A DNA stretch of 64,000 nt, taken from Mobula hypostoma (taxonomy: Eukaryota). Positions 12,669-26,964 of this stretch are shown piece by piece; positions within the stretch are counted from its first letter, which is position 1; each line of letters opens with the position of its first letter. The notes under the pieces were generated by a model, which worked only from the letters and a program-made list of their open reading frames with translations, had not been told where the DNA came from and searched no databases. The translations under genes were made by a program, and so were the position numbers. The stretch spans positions 118,298,001 through 118,362,000 of the forward strand of contig NC_086097.1 in NCBI RefSeq assembly GCF_963921235.1, in the 5' to 3' direction.

Positions 12669-15600
12669 TTGGGGGGTGGGAATCAAATTAAAGAGGCTAG
12701 ATGTGAGGAGGTTAGTTCACAACAGAGGGATGGGAACCAGTGCAGAGAGACAGAGGGGTGTAAAGTGAGGGTAGAAGCAAAAAGTACTGAAGAGAAGAGT
12801 AAAAGTGGCAGGCCAACAAATCCAGGGCAAGCATTAAAAAGGGCCGCTTTTCAACATAATTGTATAAGGGCTAAGAGAGTTGTAAAAGAGCGCCTGAAGG
12901 CTTTGTGTGTCAATGCAAGGAGCATTCGTAATAAGGTGGATGAATTGAAAGTGCAGATTGTTATTAATGATTATGATATAGTTGGGATCACAGAGACATG
13001 GCTCCAGGGTGACCAAGGATGGGAGCTCAACGTTCAGGGATTTTCAATATTCAGGAGGGATAGACATGAAGGAAGGGGAGGTGGGGTGGCGTTGCTGGTT
13101 AAAGAAGAGATTAACGCAATAGAAAGGAAGGACATAAGCCGAGAAGATGTGGAATCGATATGGGTAGAGCTGCGTAACACTAAGGGGCAGAAGACACTGG
13201 TGGGAGTTGTGTACAGGCCACCTAACAGTAGTAATGAGGTCGGAGATCGTATTAAACAGTAAATTAGAAATGTGTGCAATAAAGGAACAGCAGTTATAAT
13301 GGGTGACTTCAATCTACATATAGATTGGGTGAAGCAAATTGGTAAAGGTGCTGAGGAAGAGGATTTCTTGGAATGTATGCGGGATGGTTTTTTGAACCAA
13401 CATGTCGAGGAACCAACTAGAGAGCAGGCTATTCTGGACTGGGTTTTGAGCAATGAGGAAGGGTTAATTAGCAATCTTGTCGTGAGAGGCCCCTTGGGTA
13501 AGAGTGACCATAATATGGTGGAATTCTTCATTAAGATGGAGAGTGACATAGTTAATTCAGAAACAAAGGTTCTGAACTTAAAGAGGGGTAACTTTGAAGG
13601 TATGAGACATGAATTAGCTAAGATAGACTGGCAAATGACACTTAAAGGATTGACGGTGGATATGCAATGGCAAGCATTTAAAGGTTGCAAGGATGAACTA
13701 CAACAATTGTTCATCCCAGTTTGGCATAAGAATAAATCAAGGAAGGTAGTGCACCCGTGGCTGACAAGAGAAATTAGGGATAGTATCAATTCCAAGAAGA
13801 AGCATACAAATTAGCCAGAGAAAGTGGCTCACCTGAGGACTGGGAGAAATTCAGAGTTCAGCAGAGGAGGACAAAGGGCTTAATTAGGAAGGGGAAAAAA
13901 GATTATGAGAGAAAACTGGCAGGGAACATAAAAACTGACTGTAAAAGCTTTTATAGATATGTAAAAAGGAAAAGACTGGTAAAGACAAATGTAGGTCCCC
14001 TACAGACAGAAACAGGTGAATTGATTATGGGGAGCAAGGACATGGCAGACCAATTGAATAATTACTTTGGTTCTGTCTTCACTAAGGAGGACATAAATAA
14101 TCTTCCAGAAATAGTAGGGGACAGAGGGTCCAGTGAGATGGAGGAACTGAGCGAAATACTTGTTAGTAGGGAAGTGGTGTTAGGTAAATTGAAGGGATTG
14201 AAGGCAGATAAATCCCCAGGGCCAGATGGTCTGCATCCTTGAGTGCTTAAGGAAGTAGCCCAAGAAATAGTGGATGCATTAGTGATAATTTTTCAAAACT
14301 GGTTAGATTCTGGACTAGTTCCTGAGGATTGGAGGGTGGTTAATGTAATCCCACTTTTTAAAAAAGGAGGGAGAGAGAAACCGGGGAATTATAGACTGGT
14401 TAGCCTAACGTCGGTGGTGGGGAAACTGCTGGAGTCAGTTATCAAAGATGTGATAACAGCACATTTGGAAAGCGGTGAAATCATCGAACAAAGTCAGCAT
14501 GGATTTGTGAAAGGAAAATCATGTCTGATGAATTTCATAGAATTTTTTGAGGATGTAACCAGTAGAGTGGATAGGGGAGAACCAGTGGATGTGGTATATT
14601 TGGATTTTCAAAAGGCTTTTGACAAGGTCCCACACAGGAGATTAGTGTGCAAACTTAAAGCACACGGTATTGGGGGTAAGGTATTGATGTGGATGAAGAA
14701 TTGGTTAGCAGACAGGAAGCAAAGAGTGGGAATAAACGGGACCTTTTCAGAATGGCAGGCGGTGACTAGTGGGGTACCGCAAGGCTCAGTGCTGGGACCC
14801 CAGTTGTTTACAATATATATTAATGACTTGGATGAGGGAATTAAATGCAGCATCTCCAAGTTTGCGGATGACACGAAGCTGGGTGGCAGGGTTAGCTGTG
14901 AGGAGGATACTAAGAGGATGCAGGGTTACTTGGATAGGTTGGGTGAGTGGGCAAATTCATGGCAGATGCAACTTAATGTGGATAAATGTGAAGTTATCCA
15001 CTTTGGTGGCAAAAATAGGAAAACAGATTATTATCTGAATGGTGGCCGATTAGGAAAAGGGGAGGTGCAACGAGACCTGGGTGTCATTATACACCAGTCA
15101 TTGAAAGTGGGCATGCAGGTACAGCAGGCGGTGAAAAAGGCAAATGGTATGCTGGCATTTATAGCGAGAGGATTCGAGTACAGGAGCAGGGAGGTACTAC
15201 TGCAGTTGTACAAGGCCTTGGTGAGACCACACCTGGAGTATTGTGTGCAGTTTTGGTCCCCTAATCTGAGGAAAGACATCCTTGCCATAGAGGGAGTACA
15301 AAGAAGGTTCACCAGATTGATTCCTGGGATGGCAGGACTTTCATATGAAGAAAGGCTGGATGAACTGGGCTTGTACTCGTTGGAATTTAGAAGATTGAGG
15401 GGGGATCTGATTGAGACGTATAAAATCCTAAAGGGATTGGACAGGCTAGATGCAGGAAGATTGTTCCCGATGTTGGGGAAGTCCAGAACAAGGGGTCACA
15501 GTTTGAGGATAAAGGGGAAGCCTTTTAGGACCGAGATTAGGAAAAACTTCTTCACACAGAGAGTGGTGAATCTGTGGAATTCTCTGCCACAGGAAACAGT

Positions 15601-15700
15601 TGAGGCCAGTTCATTGGCTATATTTAAGAGGGAGTTAGATATGGCCCTTGTGGCTACGGGGATCAGGGGGTATGGAGGGAAGGCTGGGGTGGGGTTCTGA
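12669..15700 (+). pseudogene. CR1 ORF2 (AP endonuclease + reverse transcriptase)
   Basis: NARSI, GITETWL, GGGVALLV, VVYRPP, MGDFN, SDHN; KSPGPDG, DFQKAFDKV, GVPQGSVLGP, FADD; stops at 13260 and 14240, frameshift near 13800. Confidence 0.95.
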
Positions 15701-15797
15701 GTTGGATGATCAGCCATGATCATAATAAATGGCGGTGCAGGCTCGAAGGGCCGAATGGCCTACTCCTGCACCTATTTTCTATGTTTCTATGTTTCTA

Positions 15798-16322
15798 TAA
15801 GCTAGGGCAGTACAATATGGAGGGCAAGCTGTTGATCATGCAGCAGACTCCCCAACTCCATGTAGCTGATGAAATCAAAGGAATGGCAGAGACTGATACA
15901 GTTTGGCACCAGCAGCATCTAAGGAAGTGCCAGTCAGCACTGAACTCAGCATTGCACTGTCTTAAGAACTTGAGCTCTCGGTTTTTCCTCAAGTTTACTC
16001 CCAAAGCCTATCCCATGAGTGGGTGTAGCCACAAGGTAGCAGAGGTTTGAGGTCAGAGTTTTTCTTCTTCTAGAGGAACTGCCAGCCACAGCTGATGAGC
16101 CCCATCTGCCAAAAGCAACTGGTTTTAAGGCACCAGTTCCCTGGCTTTGACCCTTCTCCTGTCAGTGGAAATTATTCTGCGGAGCTTAATAGCTAAGCCA
16201 CATGTGAAGGCAAGGAGCTGGACTTGGTTGTCAGAGGCTATTTGAGATGCACACCATTGGGAGCATTTAATAGAAAGTGGGAGCTTTTCCCCACTACCTT
16301 CCCTAGCTATGACAACTTAAGA
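15798..16322. repeat. Unclassified interspersed repeat
   Basis: Appears to be split by the CR1 (5' piece at about 12211-12250) and lies inside a Rex1 3' UTR; no coding signature. Confidence 0.35.
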
Positions 16323-16454
16323 AACAAGAAATATGATAGAATCAATTAAAAGCTACACACAAACAACCAATGTGCAAGAGAAGGGAAAAACTTTGTAAAT
16401 AGAGAAAAAAAAAGTAAACAAGTAAATAATACTGGGGAAATGAGTTGTAGAGTC

Positions 16455-17440
16455 AATAGGTTGGTGAGTCTGACATCAGTTGTGGGAAAGTTGTTGGAAG
16501 GTATTCTAAAGGATCGGATTTATAAGTACTTGGATAGACATGGACTGATTAAGGATTGCTTTGTGCATGATAGGTCATGTCGAATTAATCGTATAGAGTT
16601 TTTGAAGAAGTTACCAGGAAAGTGGATGAAGGGAAGGCAGTGGATGTTGTCTACATGGACTTTAGTATGGTATTTGACAAGGTTCTGCATGGTGGCTGGT
16701 CAAGGAGGTTCAGTCGCTTGGTATTGAGAATGACATAGTAAGCTGTATTGGACATTGGCTTTGTGGGAGAAGCTAGAGAGTGGTAGTAGAGGGTTGCCTT
16801 TCTGACCTGATGCTGGTACCACAGGGATCAGTGCAGGGACGTTTTTTGTTTGTCATCTATATTAAGGATCAGGATGATAAAGTGGTTAACTAGATCAGCA
16901 AATTTTTGGATGACACCAAGATTGGTGGTATAGTGGACAGTGAGGAAGGTTATCATGGCTTGCAGTGGGATCTGCAATCAACTGGAAAATAGGCTGGAAA
17001 ATGGTAGGTAGAATTTAATGCAGACGTGTGAGATTTTGCACTTTGGTAGGACCAACCAGGGTAGGTTTTAAACAGTGAATGATCGGGCACTGTGGAGTGT
17101 GGTAGAACAAAGGGATCTGGGAGTACAGGTCCATAATTCACTGAAAGTGGAATCACAGGTACATAGGGTCGTAAAGAAAGATTTTGGCATAGCTTAAGAG
17201 GACATGAGGGGAGAAACCTCTCCACTCAGAGGGTCATCAGAGTGTGGAAAGACCTACCAGCACAAATGGTGGATGTGACCTCGATTTCAACGTTCAAGAG
17301 AAGTTTGGATAGGTATGTGGACGGTAGGGGTACAGAGAACTATGGTCCCTGTGCAGGTCGATGGGAGTAGGTGGTCTAAGTGTTTTTGGCATGGACAAGA
17401 CCAGCCAAATGCCTGTTTCTGTGTTGTGTTTCTCTATGAC
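16455..17440 (+). mobile_element. Degenerate CR1 3' fragment with TSD TAGAGTC
   Basis: RLVSLTSVVGKLLE, LDDTKIG and a CR1 tail; TAGAGTC at 16448-16454 and 17441-17447, inside a Rex1 3' UTR. Confidence 0.85.
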
Positions 17441-17574
17441 TAGAGTCCTTGAAAGTCAAGTCCATAGGTTGTGGAATCTGTTTAGTGTTGAGGTGAGTAA
17501 AGTTATCCACACTGGTTGAGGACTCTGATGGTCGAAGGGTAGTAACTTCCTGAACCTGGTGAAGTGATCCTAAG

Positions 17575-17940
17575 CAATACTTACAAAATACTGGAGGAAT
17601 TCAGCAGGTCAGGCAGCATCTATGAAATTGAAGAACCAGTCAACATTTTGGGCTGAGACCCTTCATCAGAACTGGAAACAAAGTGGGAAGATGCCAGAAT
17701 AAGAAGGTGGGGGGAAGATAAGGAAGACTAGCTAGGAGGTAATAGGTGAAGTTAGGTATGTGAGGGAGGAGGTATGACGTAAGAAGCTGGGAGGTGATAG
17801 GTGGAGAAAGCCAAGGGTTGGAGAAGAAGGAAATCTGATAGGAGAAGAGAGTGAACCATGGGAAAAGGGAAGGAGCAGTGGATAGGCAGGTGAAGAGAAG
17901 GGGAAAGAAGCCAGAGAAGGGAATTGGAAGCAGAGTAGTA
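17575..17940 (-). mobile_element. Penelope pLTR / 3' UTR fragment
   Basis: CAGCAGGTCAGGCAGCATCTATG..GAGACCCTTCATCAG followed by a purine-rich tract. Confidence 0.7.
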
Positions 17941-18289
17941 ATGTTGGCCTCATCAATATGTTAGAGACGAGAGTGACTAAACTACAGAATGTAGAATAAT
18001 GAAGTATTCTGCCTCCGCAACAAAATGTAAACATAAGACTCAAAGGCAATAAAACCTGTAATTACTCTAAATAATTGCTTTAATTCAAATACTTAGCAAT
18101 CTCGTGTAACAGTTCACAGTCTGTAGTTTTTACAGGGGCATTATTATATTAATTTTAAATAGATTAACACTGCCGTTAAGGTTGTAGAATGATCAACACA
18201 CAAAAAGAGGCCATGCAGCTGTTTCAACCATGTGGATCCATGTAATGCTAGTCCAATTTCTTCCATTTCTTATATTTGCTCCTAAACAA

Positions 18290-18490
18290 AAGATTCTGGA
18301 AATCCAAACATGCACAAAATGCTGGAGGAGCTCATCAGTTCCGGCAACATCTATGAATGCTAATAAACAGCTGATGTACCAGGTTGAAACCCTTCATTAG
18401 GGTAGTCCTGATATTCTGTAGGGTCTCTGTCCGAAACATTAACTCTTTATTCCTCTCCATGCACACTGCCTGACTTGCTGAGTTCTTATA
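18290..18490. mobile_element. Inverted pair of Penelope pLTR fragments
   Basis: Forward and reverse copies joined around the hammerhead region. Confidence 0.6.
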
Positions 18491-19369
18491 CTTGCTTTGT
18501 AGCCCATGCAAACGTTTACCATTCAGATGCCTAGTCAGCTCCTGTTAGAGTTCTACAATTGAGATTAAATATTCAGAAACACAAATTCACTTTCTCTTTA
18601 TACCTAACAACTGGTCATTTCCACTTCCATTGGTTCAATTTTTGTTGTTTATTATCACAATCTGGCCCATCGGCCAAGTACTTATCAACATCATACCTTC
18701 CTTTTTCTGTAGTATCACTCTCTAATTGCTACCATTATAAATCAATCACTACCAACTTCACGAACTGGAGTTCATAAGTTTAGGAAAGAGTGGAGAGATT
18801 TAACAGGAAACTGAAGGGTAGGTTTCTCAATCAGAAAGTGACCAGTGTATTGAATGAGATGCCAGAGGAAGTGGTTGAGGTAAGCACATGAGCAACATGT
18901 ATTTAACAGCGTGTTGTTATGTATAGAGTTCCTGCCACATGATTGGCTGATGAGATATTTGCATTAACGAGCGGGTGTACAGGTGTACCTAATAAAGAGG
19001 CCACTAAGTGCACGCAGGAGACTGGAAAGGATGAACACAAAGAACTCTTCGGATTGAGAAGGGTAAACAGGATGGGGAATGGCAAGTTTATAAAGATTTA
19101 TGAATCCTTCTGACAACCCATTGCCAGAGCAGGTTAGTGAGCAGAGTTTAGGAGTGATTGTTCATACTAGAATAGAGGCAGAGCAGATGAAGCTGAACTT
19201 GTCTGAAGAATGTGATAATGTTCATTACATTTGATTAGTCAAGTTGAGAGATTTACATAAACTGATCTGGATTTTATACTGGCAGTTACCTGTACATTGT
19301 ACAAAATATTATGAATTGATTTTTTTTTTTGGAGATGTGTACAAGACAGGCACCATCTTTGGAGACGAA

Positions 19370-19505
19370 TAAAGAGCTACATTTCAGGCCAAAACCATTC
19401 AGCAGAACATCTGAGTTCTGATGAAGGGTCACAGCCCAAAATGACAGCTCTTAATTCCTCTCAATAGATGCTGCCTGACCTGCTGAGTTTCTCCAGTATT
19501 TTATG
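19370..19505. mobile_element. Penelope pLTR fragment(s)
   Basis: CTGATGAAGGGTC..CCCAAAATG..GATGCTGCCTGACCTGCTGAG. Confidence 0.6.
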
Positions 19506-19879
19506 TATGGTAAGAGAATCTTTGCCTTCAGTACGCCCTCAGGCAGTGTATTTCAGATATCAATGACTCACTGTGTCAAAAAAAAATCTTCCTTCGATCC
19601 ACTTTAACTTTCCTACTCCTTAATTTAGTCCTATGCATTTTGGTCATAGATGCCAGTGTTCTGGGGAAAGTTTTCTCAATATCTGTAACTTTTGAGTAAT
19701 TTTTCACCCACTGTCCATTCTTTCAGAGGAAGTTTCCTGTTAGTGTGTGACATGACAAGAATATGGCTCTGGTGGATTGTAAAGGTTGTAAATGCTACAA
19801 TTTCAGCCCTTATTTTCATGTTTAATTCTGCACGTTTACTGATCAGTAAATGATGATAGCTTGACTGCTTTCTTTATTG

Positions 19880-20440
19880 CCACAGAAAACAGGAAAACTA
19901 CAAACAGTAGTGGCTACAGACCTGTCTATCATAGGAAAAGCCCTCCCTGCCAATGAGTACAGTCATAGGAAAGCAGCATCCATTATAAAGGACACCCACC
20001 ATCTGGATCATGTTCTGTATTCACTGCTGCCATTGGGAAGGAGGTGCCAGAGCCTTATTTCACACACTATCAAGTTCAGGAACAGTTACTTACCTACAAA
20101 CATTAGGCTCCAGGACCAGCATAGATAACTTCACTCACTTCAACTCTGAACAAATTCCATAATCTATGGACTCACTTCCAAAGACTCTACAGTATGACAC
20201 ACGTTCTCGGTCAGTATTGTTATATTTACTTATTTAATATTTTATTTGTTTTTTTTGTATTTGTACAGTTTTTTCATTTTTTGCACATTGGTCGTTTTAT
20301 CACTTTCTGTTGTGGTATTTTTCATTGATTCTATGGTATTTCTTTGTTCTGCTGTGAATGCCTGCAAAAATTGAATCTCAAGGAATTATGTGGCCACACA
20401 TACATACTTTGATAATAAATTTATTTTGAACTTTTAATCT
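19880..20440 (+). mobile_element. Rex1/Babar LINE 3' end
   Basis: RKAASIIKDTHH..SLLPLGRR..FRNSYLP, then 3' UTR ending TTTGATAATAAATTT. Confidence 0.75.
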
Positions 20441-21414
20441 TGAACACCAAACATATCAGTCATGCTTGGACTGACACAGAAAATCCTTGAAGAGGAAATA
20501 CTTATAGCATTATTAAAAAGTAAATGCAATGACATAACAGAACAAAACATAATGATCCAATAAAAGAAGGATAAAAAGCAATTTCATATACACTTCTGGA
20601 ACTTGGAATGGGATCTTGTTTTAGTTTTCAGGGTCCCACGGTGGTATTTGAATGCATTTTCCTTGGAATTTTTAGGCCAAGTTTCACAATAATTTATCAC
20701 GAAACATAACTTTTCTACTGAAGAATTCATTAGCTAAACTTCCCAAAGCATCCTCACCAAGTGAATAATACAATTCTCAGAAGGCAGATATAAGTGGCAC
20801 AGAATTGTTTTGGGAAAGTTTGAATAAAACTCATAACATTTTTCTCAATTTTCCGATTTATGCACTAATTCTGACAGATAATGAAAAAATTGGGTCTTCG
20901 AATCAGTAGATGAGAAAATTGCAGAACAGAATATTTTGCAGCCAATCCTTCTGCTGAAATCTAGCATTCCTATTAAGATTCTTTTAGACTCTTGGTAAAA
21001 TAAGCAATAAAAAAATTTGCAGAGCTCATGGCAATATTGCACATTTATTAAATTTACATCCCATCTTTCTTATTCTTTACAATGAAAATTTTCTATTTCA
21101 ATATTAAACAGACTTCCGAGGGCACAATTTCCACTAGTTTGCCTTGAATTCAGTGCAGCTAAATTTAGTTTCTGTTTCTCTTTATAAAGTTATTTTGGTT
21201 TTGAGCCAAGCACAACAGCCACACCAAGGATGGGGTTTTATTTTATATAATAATGTAAAATAATTTTAGCCTATCAGCAGCACAGTTTGCATCTCTCCTG
21301 ACTGACTGTAATAACAAAAAGCAGAGGATGATGAAAGCATGCAGCTAACTTGTGCTGAGCCAATTTATGTTATCAGCCAAATATAGGATTGATCACAAAG
21401 AGAGTAAAAGGGAA

Positions 21415-21730
21415 AGGATTAAAAATTAGCTTTATTTTTTCACAGGTACATCGAACCATACAGTGAAATATGTCTTATGTGTCGTATCAAAACAGGGAGC
21501 CTTACGCTGAGGAGCCTGAAAGTTTAGCCATGCTTCTGGTGCCAACATAGCATCTGCACAACTCACTCACCATAACTGTACATCTTTACAATGTGGGAGG
21601 AAACCGGCACACCCAGAGGAAATCTACACCGTTACAGGAAAGACGTAAAAACTCAATACAGGCATCGACAGGAATTGAACACCAATCTTACAGCTGATGC
21701 TGTAAAGCATTGCTCTAACCACTATGCTAA
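21415..21730 (-). mobile_element. V-SINE-like SINE
   Basis: TGTGGGAGGAAACCGG.CACCCAGAGGAAA (V-domain, reverse) and a GTTCAATTC B-box on the minus strand. Confidence 0.7.
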
Positions 21731-22634
21731 AGATGCTGCAACCATTGCTTAGTAATCTACTTGAGATTAGTAAAATGACCATCCAGCAAATTCTATAACA
21801 CGCTCATGTTACACCCCAAATTACCTTGAGATGTCGATATGCTTTAAATTGAACATGCAAACTACCAAGCAGCCTCCCCTCATGATGAATTTAACCTCCT
21901 GTTGGTTCTGGGAAGCAGCTAACGTAAATAATGATCCTGTGCACCACCTGTAGGTCATTCCCTCAATTATCCTCTTCCAAGGCAGAAGATAGAAGACTGA
22001 GAGCATGAACTACCAGATTCAAGGTTAGCTTCTCTCCCACTGTTAACTTGAGAGGGCCTCTTGCACAATAAAACATGAATTCTTGATCTCCTAATTAACC
22101 TCATCGTGGCCCTTTCACTTGGTAAGTCTAATCACACTGCACTTCACACAAGCTGCAGACCAGTCACACATGTCCTATCTAAGGCCATGCCAAACAAATT
22201 TCAGCGCAACCAGTTTCTGTGAGGTCTTCCAGCCCAGACGCGAGAGGCCATATATGGAGACAAAACAGTCTGTCTCCACTTAGCAGGCAAGATGGGGTGA
22301 GGGCAGTCGATTGAGACATCGCACAAGCTGTATGGGTCCTAATGCCCTTCCCTTGGACAACATCAGTGGTGTGGAGAGGGGAGACGTGCAGCATGGGCAA
22401 CTGCTGATCTTCCATTCAACCTTGCCCAGGCCTGCATCCTAGAAACCTTCCAAGGTGCTAATCCATGGTGTCATGAGACTAACAGATGCCTTAGAAAAAT
22501 TAATTAAAAAAAAAATTATGTAAGGATACTTAGTGCGATTTTGTGATTTAGATTTTGGAGTTCAATAAAATATGTTATGGGTTTCATTAAACATAAAACA
22601 CCTCACTCTGTTTTATATACGAAAGCCTACTGTA

Positions 22635-22855
22635 TGAGCAGCTGGTGCATTTTGCATGTCCTGGTTAATGGACTACAAACGCCAGGCAGACAGAAGTATT
22701 GATAATGACTGGGGTCACCTGTCTTGAAAAGATTCTGCCCAGAAGAAAACAAACCACTTCTGTAGAAACACTTGCCAAGAACAATCATGGTCAGGACCAT
22801 GACCACTTACGTCATACGATACGGTACTTAATGATGATAATGATAATGATGATGA
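22635..22855 (+). mobile_element. SINE-like element with RTE-type 3' end and (ATG)n tail
   Basis: AAACCACTTC..GCCAAGAA..CATGGTC..CGTCATACGA followed by (ATG)n. Confidence 0.45.
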
Positions 22856-22859
22856 ATTG

Positions 22860-23146
22860 AAAACCAAAAGAAAAAACATCCAGAGAGCAGTAGTCCTGTG
22901 GAGAAAATGCCTTGTTAATGAGAAGGTACAGAATAATGTGGCCAGATTGGTTTAAGCTGGCAAGAAAGCATCAGTAACTCAAATAACCACACATTACAAC
23001 AGTAGTGGGAGGAAAGAGCATCTCTGAATGCACAGCAGAGCCAACCTTAAAGTGGATGGGCTACATCAGCAGAAGGCCCCAAACGTACACTCAGTGGCCA
23101 CTTTATTAGGTATAAGAGGTAACTAATAAAGTGGCCACTGAGTGTA
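22860..23146. mobile_element. Tc1-derived non-autonomous element end
   Basis: CACTCAGTGGCCACTTTATTAG..CTAATAAAGTGGCCACTGAGTG+TA; same family as 45648-46883, 48067-48440 and about 18905-19010. Confidence 0.7.
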
Positions 23147-23579
23147 TACTGCACATGGAAAAATAACTGGGAAGCATTGCACATTGACGTATTTGAGACT
23201 AGAGAAGTCTGTTCATGCCTTATGAGATAGAAATCATTGTAAAATAGAGCAATCAAATTGTTAATAAAGATTGGTATTATATAAATGGATTTCCATATGA
23301 GAAATTGACATATAAATAGCTGTTAGTTGAGAGTAGATTATAAAACATTTGAGGCATTTCATCAGCTTCCCTTTGTTCTCAGTATATTTAAGGTTTTATT
23401 TGAAGCCTGGCTTCTACATAAATAGAATTCACACAGTTTCAAATATGCGACCAATATATTTTAACATTTAAACTGAGATTTGAAAAAAGGCCTTCATAGA
23501 ATTATTCTCAAACTGGACTGACTTGCTAATTTCCTCCAGCATTTTGTGTGTTTTGCTCTGGATTTCACTCCTACAACAA

Positions 23580-23965
23580 TTTAGAAACAATGAAAAACTT
23601 GGAGGTATCAGCAGTAATCATCTTTAAAGTTACAATGACAGTGAAGATTTAGAAGATGAAATTATCTAAACCAGCAGTTCAATATCTGCACTAGGTGTCT
23701 GCGCTGGTTTTGTTCATTTCCAGTCAAAAGAACACATCATGGATGAATTCCTCTATCAATAATTATTAAGAACTAATACAATTGTATAATACTGCAGTAA
23801 CATTGGCAGTGTTCTAATTTGTTCTGTAAGTTATTTAAAGGCATAATTTGATACTCAGTTTGTGCTTATTATAACTTTTTAACTATTTCCCTGAAACTTC
23901 AGCTAATTGGGGCAGCTGCTTAATTGATTGAACTGAAATGTCTGGTCCCGATGTGTCCCGAAATC
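23580..23965. mobile_element. Second copy of the Tigger-like remnant
   Basis: Collinear with about 1860-2290. Confidence 0.55.
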
Positions 23966-25364
23966 CAGTATATACAATATATATTATAATTTATAATAAG
24001 AAATATATATATATATTTATTATTATAATTTATAGTGTATTTTATGTATTGAACTCACTGAACTGCTGCCTTAAACTACAAATTTCATGGCATATGTACC
24101 GATACTAAACCTAAATCTGATTTTGAATTCTGTTTGTGAACTATGAGATACAAAATGTGGAAGCAAGCTACAGCAGTTGTCAGAACTCTATAATATGAGC
24201 AGAGATTACTAATCTTTCTCACTAGGCCAAGCATTATCTGGGTTAATGTTATTGGCTAATAACATATCAGCAGAGCTGAACTTCAATCGTAAATTGAAAA
24301 GGCACTTCTTATGGAGTTACTGGTATTATTATTGAGTTGGAACAACTGTAATATGCATTTCATTGTTGGTGTTGTATAGGAGATCAAGGGCAGAGGTAGG
24401 AGTGGGAAGCAGAAATATATTACTAAGAAAATGCCAAATCAGACTGACCTAAGGTATGCTGCAAGGTGATTGACCATTTAGAGCAACACACAAAAAAATC
24501 TGGAGGAACATAACACATCAAGCAGTATCTATGCAGAAGAATAAACAGTCATCGTTTTGAGCCCATTTACAACCACTTAGATTTGTTTATTTTCCAATAT
24601 TAAACGCAGCTGCTTTGTCCAACACTAATCACAGTGTATCAAATGGTAAGAAATGTAAGCAGCACTTATTGTTTGTCAGTGCATTTCTTTCATTGATTCT
24701 CTTGTATTTCTTTGTTCTACTGTGAAAATGAATCACAGGGTGCTATTTTCTTTGATAATAAATTTATTTTGAACTTTAAAATTATTGATTGAGTCCTGGG
24801 TCATGGAAAGGGAAGAAGGCAATTGGCAAATATGGCCAAAAGAGGATGGTTTGCAGGATCTGTCAATCTCCCAAAATGATTCAGGACCATGATTAGTTTA
24901 AAGTCAAATTATAATATAAATTCATCAGATTATGTAATGTGAGTGGTACAGATTGAGGGGAAAATGCATGTAAAATACAGGTCAAAGAGGCTTTAAAATA
25001 GCAGCTTGGGCTCCAGTGTAATATTGAGGAAATATTTAAATACATACAGACAATAAATAGAAGTTCTCTCTCTTTTCTACAAACGTTTGAAAATTGGATG
25101 GCTAAATACTGTTGGTTTACCAGCAATATTTATCCCTCTGTCAATCTGACTTTAATGACCAAGTTGGTAATTATCATTTTGATTTTTGTAATAGCTTTGA
25201 ATACAGTACTTGCTTGGCACAACTTTTACATCATAATTGCAATTGTGTATCACTTGTTATTACTTCTTTTGGACTTACTGATGTTGTGAAAGGGGTATGT
25301 TTATGTGTCTGCACATACATGCAGAAAGGTGCTGGGAAAACCCTAGCAATATCATGAAGTATCT

Positions 25365-25790
25365 CACTCACCCTGCTTTTGGACTGTTCATCCCACTCCC
25401 ATCAGGGAAGAGGCTATACAGCACCAACGCCAGGGCCACGAGACTCTAAAACAGTTACTTTCCCCAAACCGTCAAGCAGATCAAAACCTCCTCCCATTAA
25501 CTCAACCTACTACACTCCTCACCAGCATTACTCTACCATTTCCTGTCAGTCACTTTATGTACAGATACTCCTTTACTTAATGTCACTTTATGTACATACA
25601 ATATGTCTGTATGTATGTAAGCTAATCTTATGCATTTATATCTATTGTGTTTTTTTATTGTATTCTTTATACTTATTGTGTTTATTATGCTGTGTCATAT
25701 CCGGAGTAACAATCATTTCATTCCCCTTTACACTTGTGAACTGACAAATAATAACAAACAATCTTTAACTTGAATCTTGAATCTTGAATA
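25365..25790 (+). mobile_element. Rex1/Babar 3' fragment
   Basis: HP..LF.PLPSGKR..RL.NSYFP-like end and (TTGAATC)n tail. Confidence 0.65.
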
Positions 25791-26964
25791 GTTATTTTTT
25801 TCTGACCAACAGATGACTGCATACTTTCCTGACCATTATGAGCATGCTACGTTGACACTAGAATATATGGTGACAATTGTGGGCTGTCCACAGCGCTTCT
25901 TTGGCTGTTGATACAGCCACTGTATTTTGCAATGTACATTTAATAAATAAATCAACTCTGATTTGACCATGAATTTGCTCCAATCCTTTAAAAAGATTGA
26001 TAATTCATGGAATCAGATGTAATTTACACATTCCCACCTTTCATGAGCCACCTAGTGTTTTAACTTTGGAAATCTAGCATCGTCAGGATATGTTGTGGTT
26101 TGGATAGATCAGTGTTACAAGCATTTTCCACTATTTTCTGGATGCATTTGTATGAAAGTGTACCGGAAAAGAGCGGAGAAATGAGATGACGGCTTATCTC
26201 TGATAAAAGATTTTGCACTGTAATAGCCACAAACTCAATGGGCTTAATAGCCTCTTGCAGCTGAAATGTTTATAATGATATGGTTCTACTTGTGTCTTGA
26301 ATTACTATGGTTTTGTCAGTCTGTAGTAAGACTCACAGCTGAGAGCCCTTAATTTAAACCCACTAACATATAAAGTAATCAACATAGTGAAACATTTTCA
26401 CATCACAACTTGTGATACCATTATATTCTGCACAGGAAAGCCTTGAATACTAATGCCTTACTTTTAATGAAGCTGTGATTTAAAAGTACATACCAATTCA
26501 ATAATTACCAAATCAAACTACTTTAAAAATAACAACTAAACATTGTTTAATGTGACTAGAATGTAATTTTAGAAAGTGAAAATAATATACTTTTATATTT
26601 AAGCTTATGAGTAAAATACATACAACCGGCTGTTAGTTTTACTAATTTGTCTTCAGAACCCAAGAATGAATTCAAAAATAAAGAACCATATTGAAAATAA
26701 GAAATTGTTTTGAAGGAATGCCCGCTGTGCACTGTCAATCTCATTGAGAATTTCTATAACTTCATATCCTGTAAGATAATAGAGACCCTTAAGAAACAAA
26801 TACAGTGATTTAATCTAACTTAAATTATTATATAAACGATGAGAAAAGGAAATAGAAAGCTTCTGTACTGAACATGAATGCATATGGAAAGAAGATCAGT
26901 TATTATGATATTGAAAGCATATTTCAGGGCATCACAGTTGAATATTATGATGTTATATGTACAT

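Larger units (their letters stand above)
12255..15797 (+). mobile_element. CR1 LINE, 5'-truncated, apparently young
   Basis: Esterase ORF1 tail, APE-RT ORF2 and (TTTCTATG)n 3' tail. Confidence 0.95.

Noticed and set aside
13034..15723. Long minus-strand ORFs such as 13034-13795
   Set aside because: Antisense shadows of CR1 ORF2
26620..26775. Possible minus-strand terminal exon (YEVIEILNEIDSAQRAFL...)
   Set aside because: Weak signals, unrecognised peptide and no partner exon
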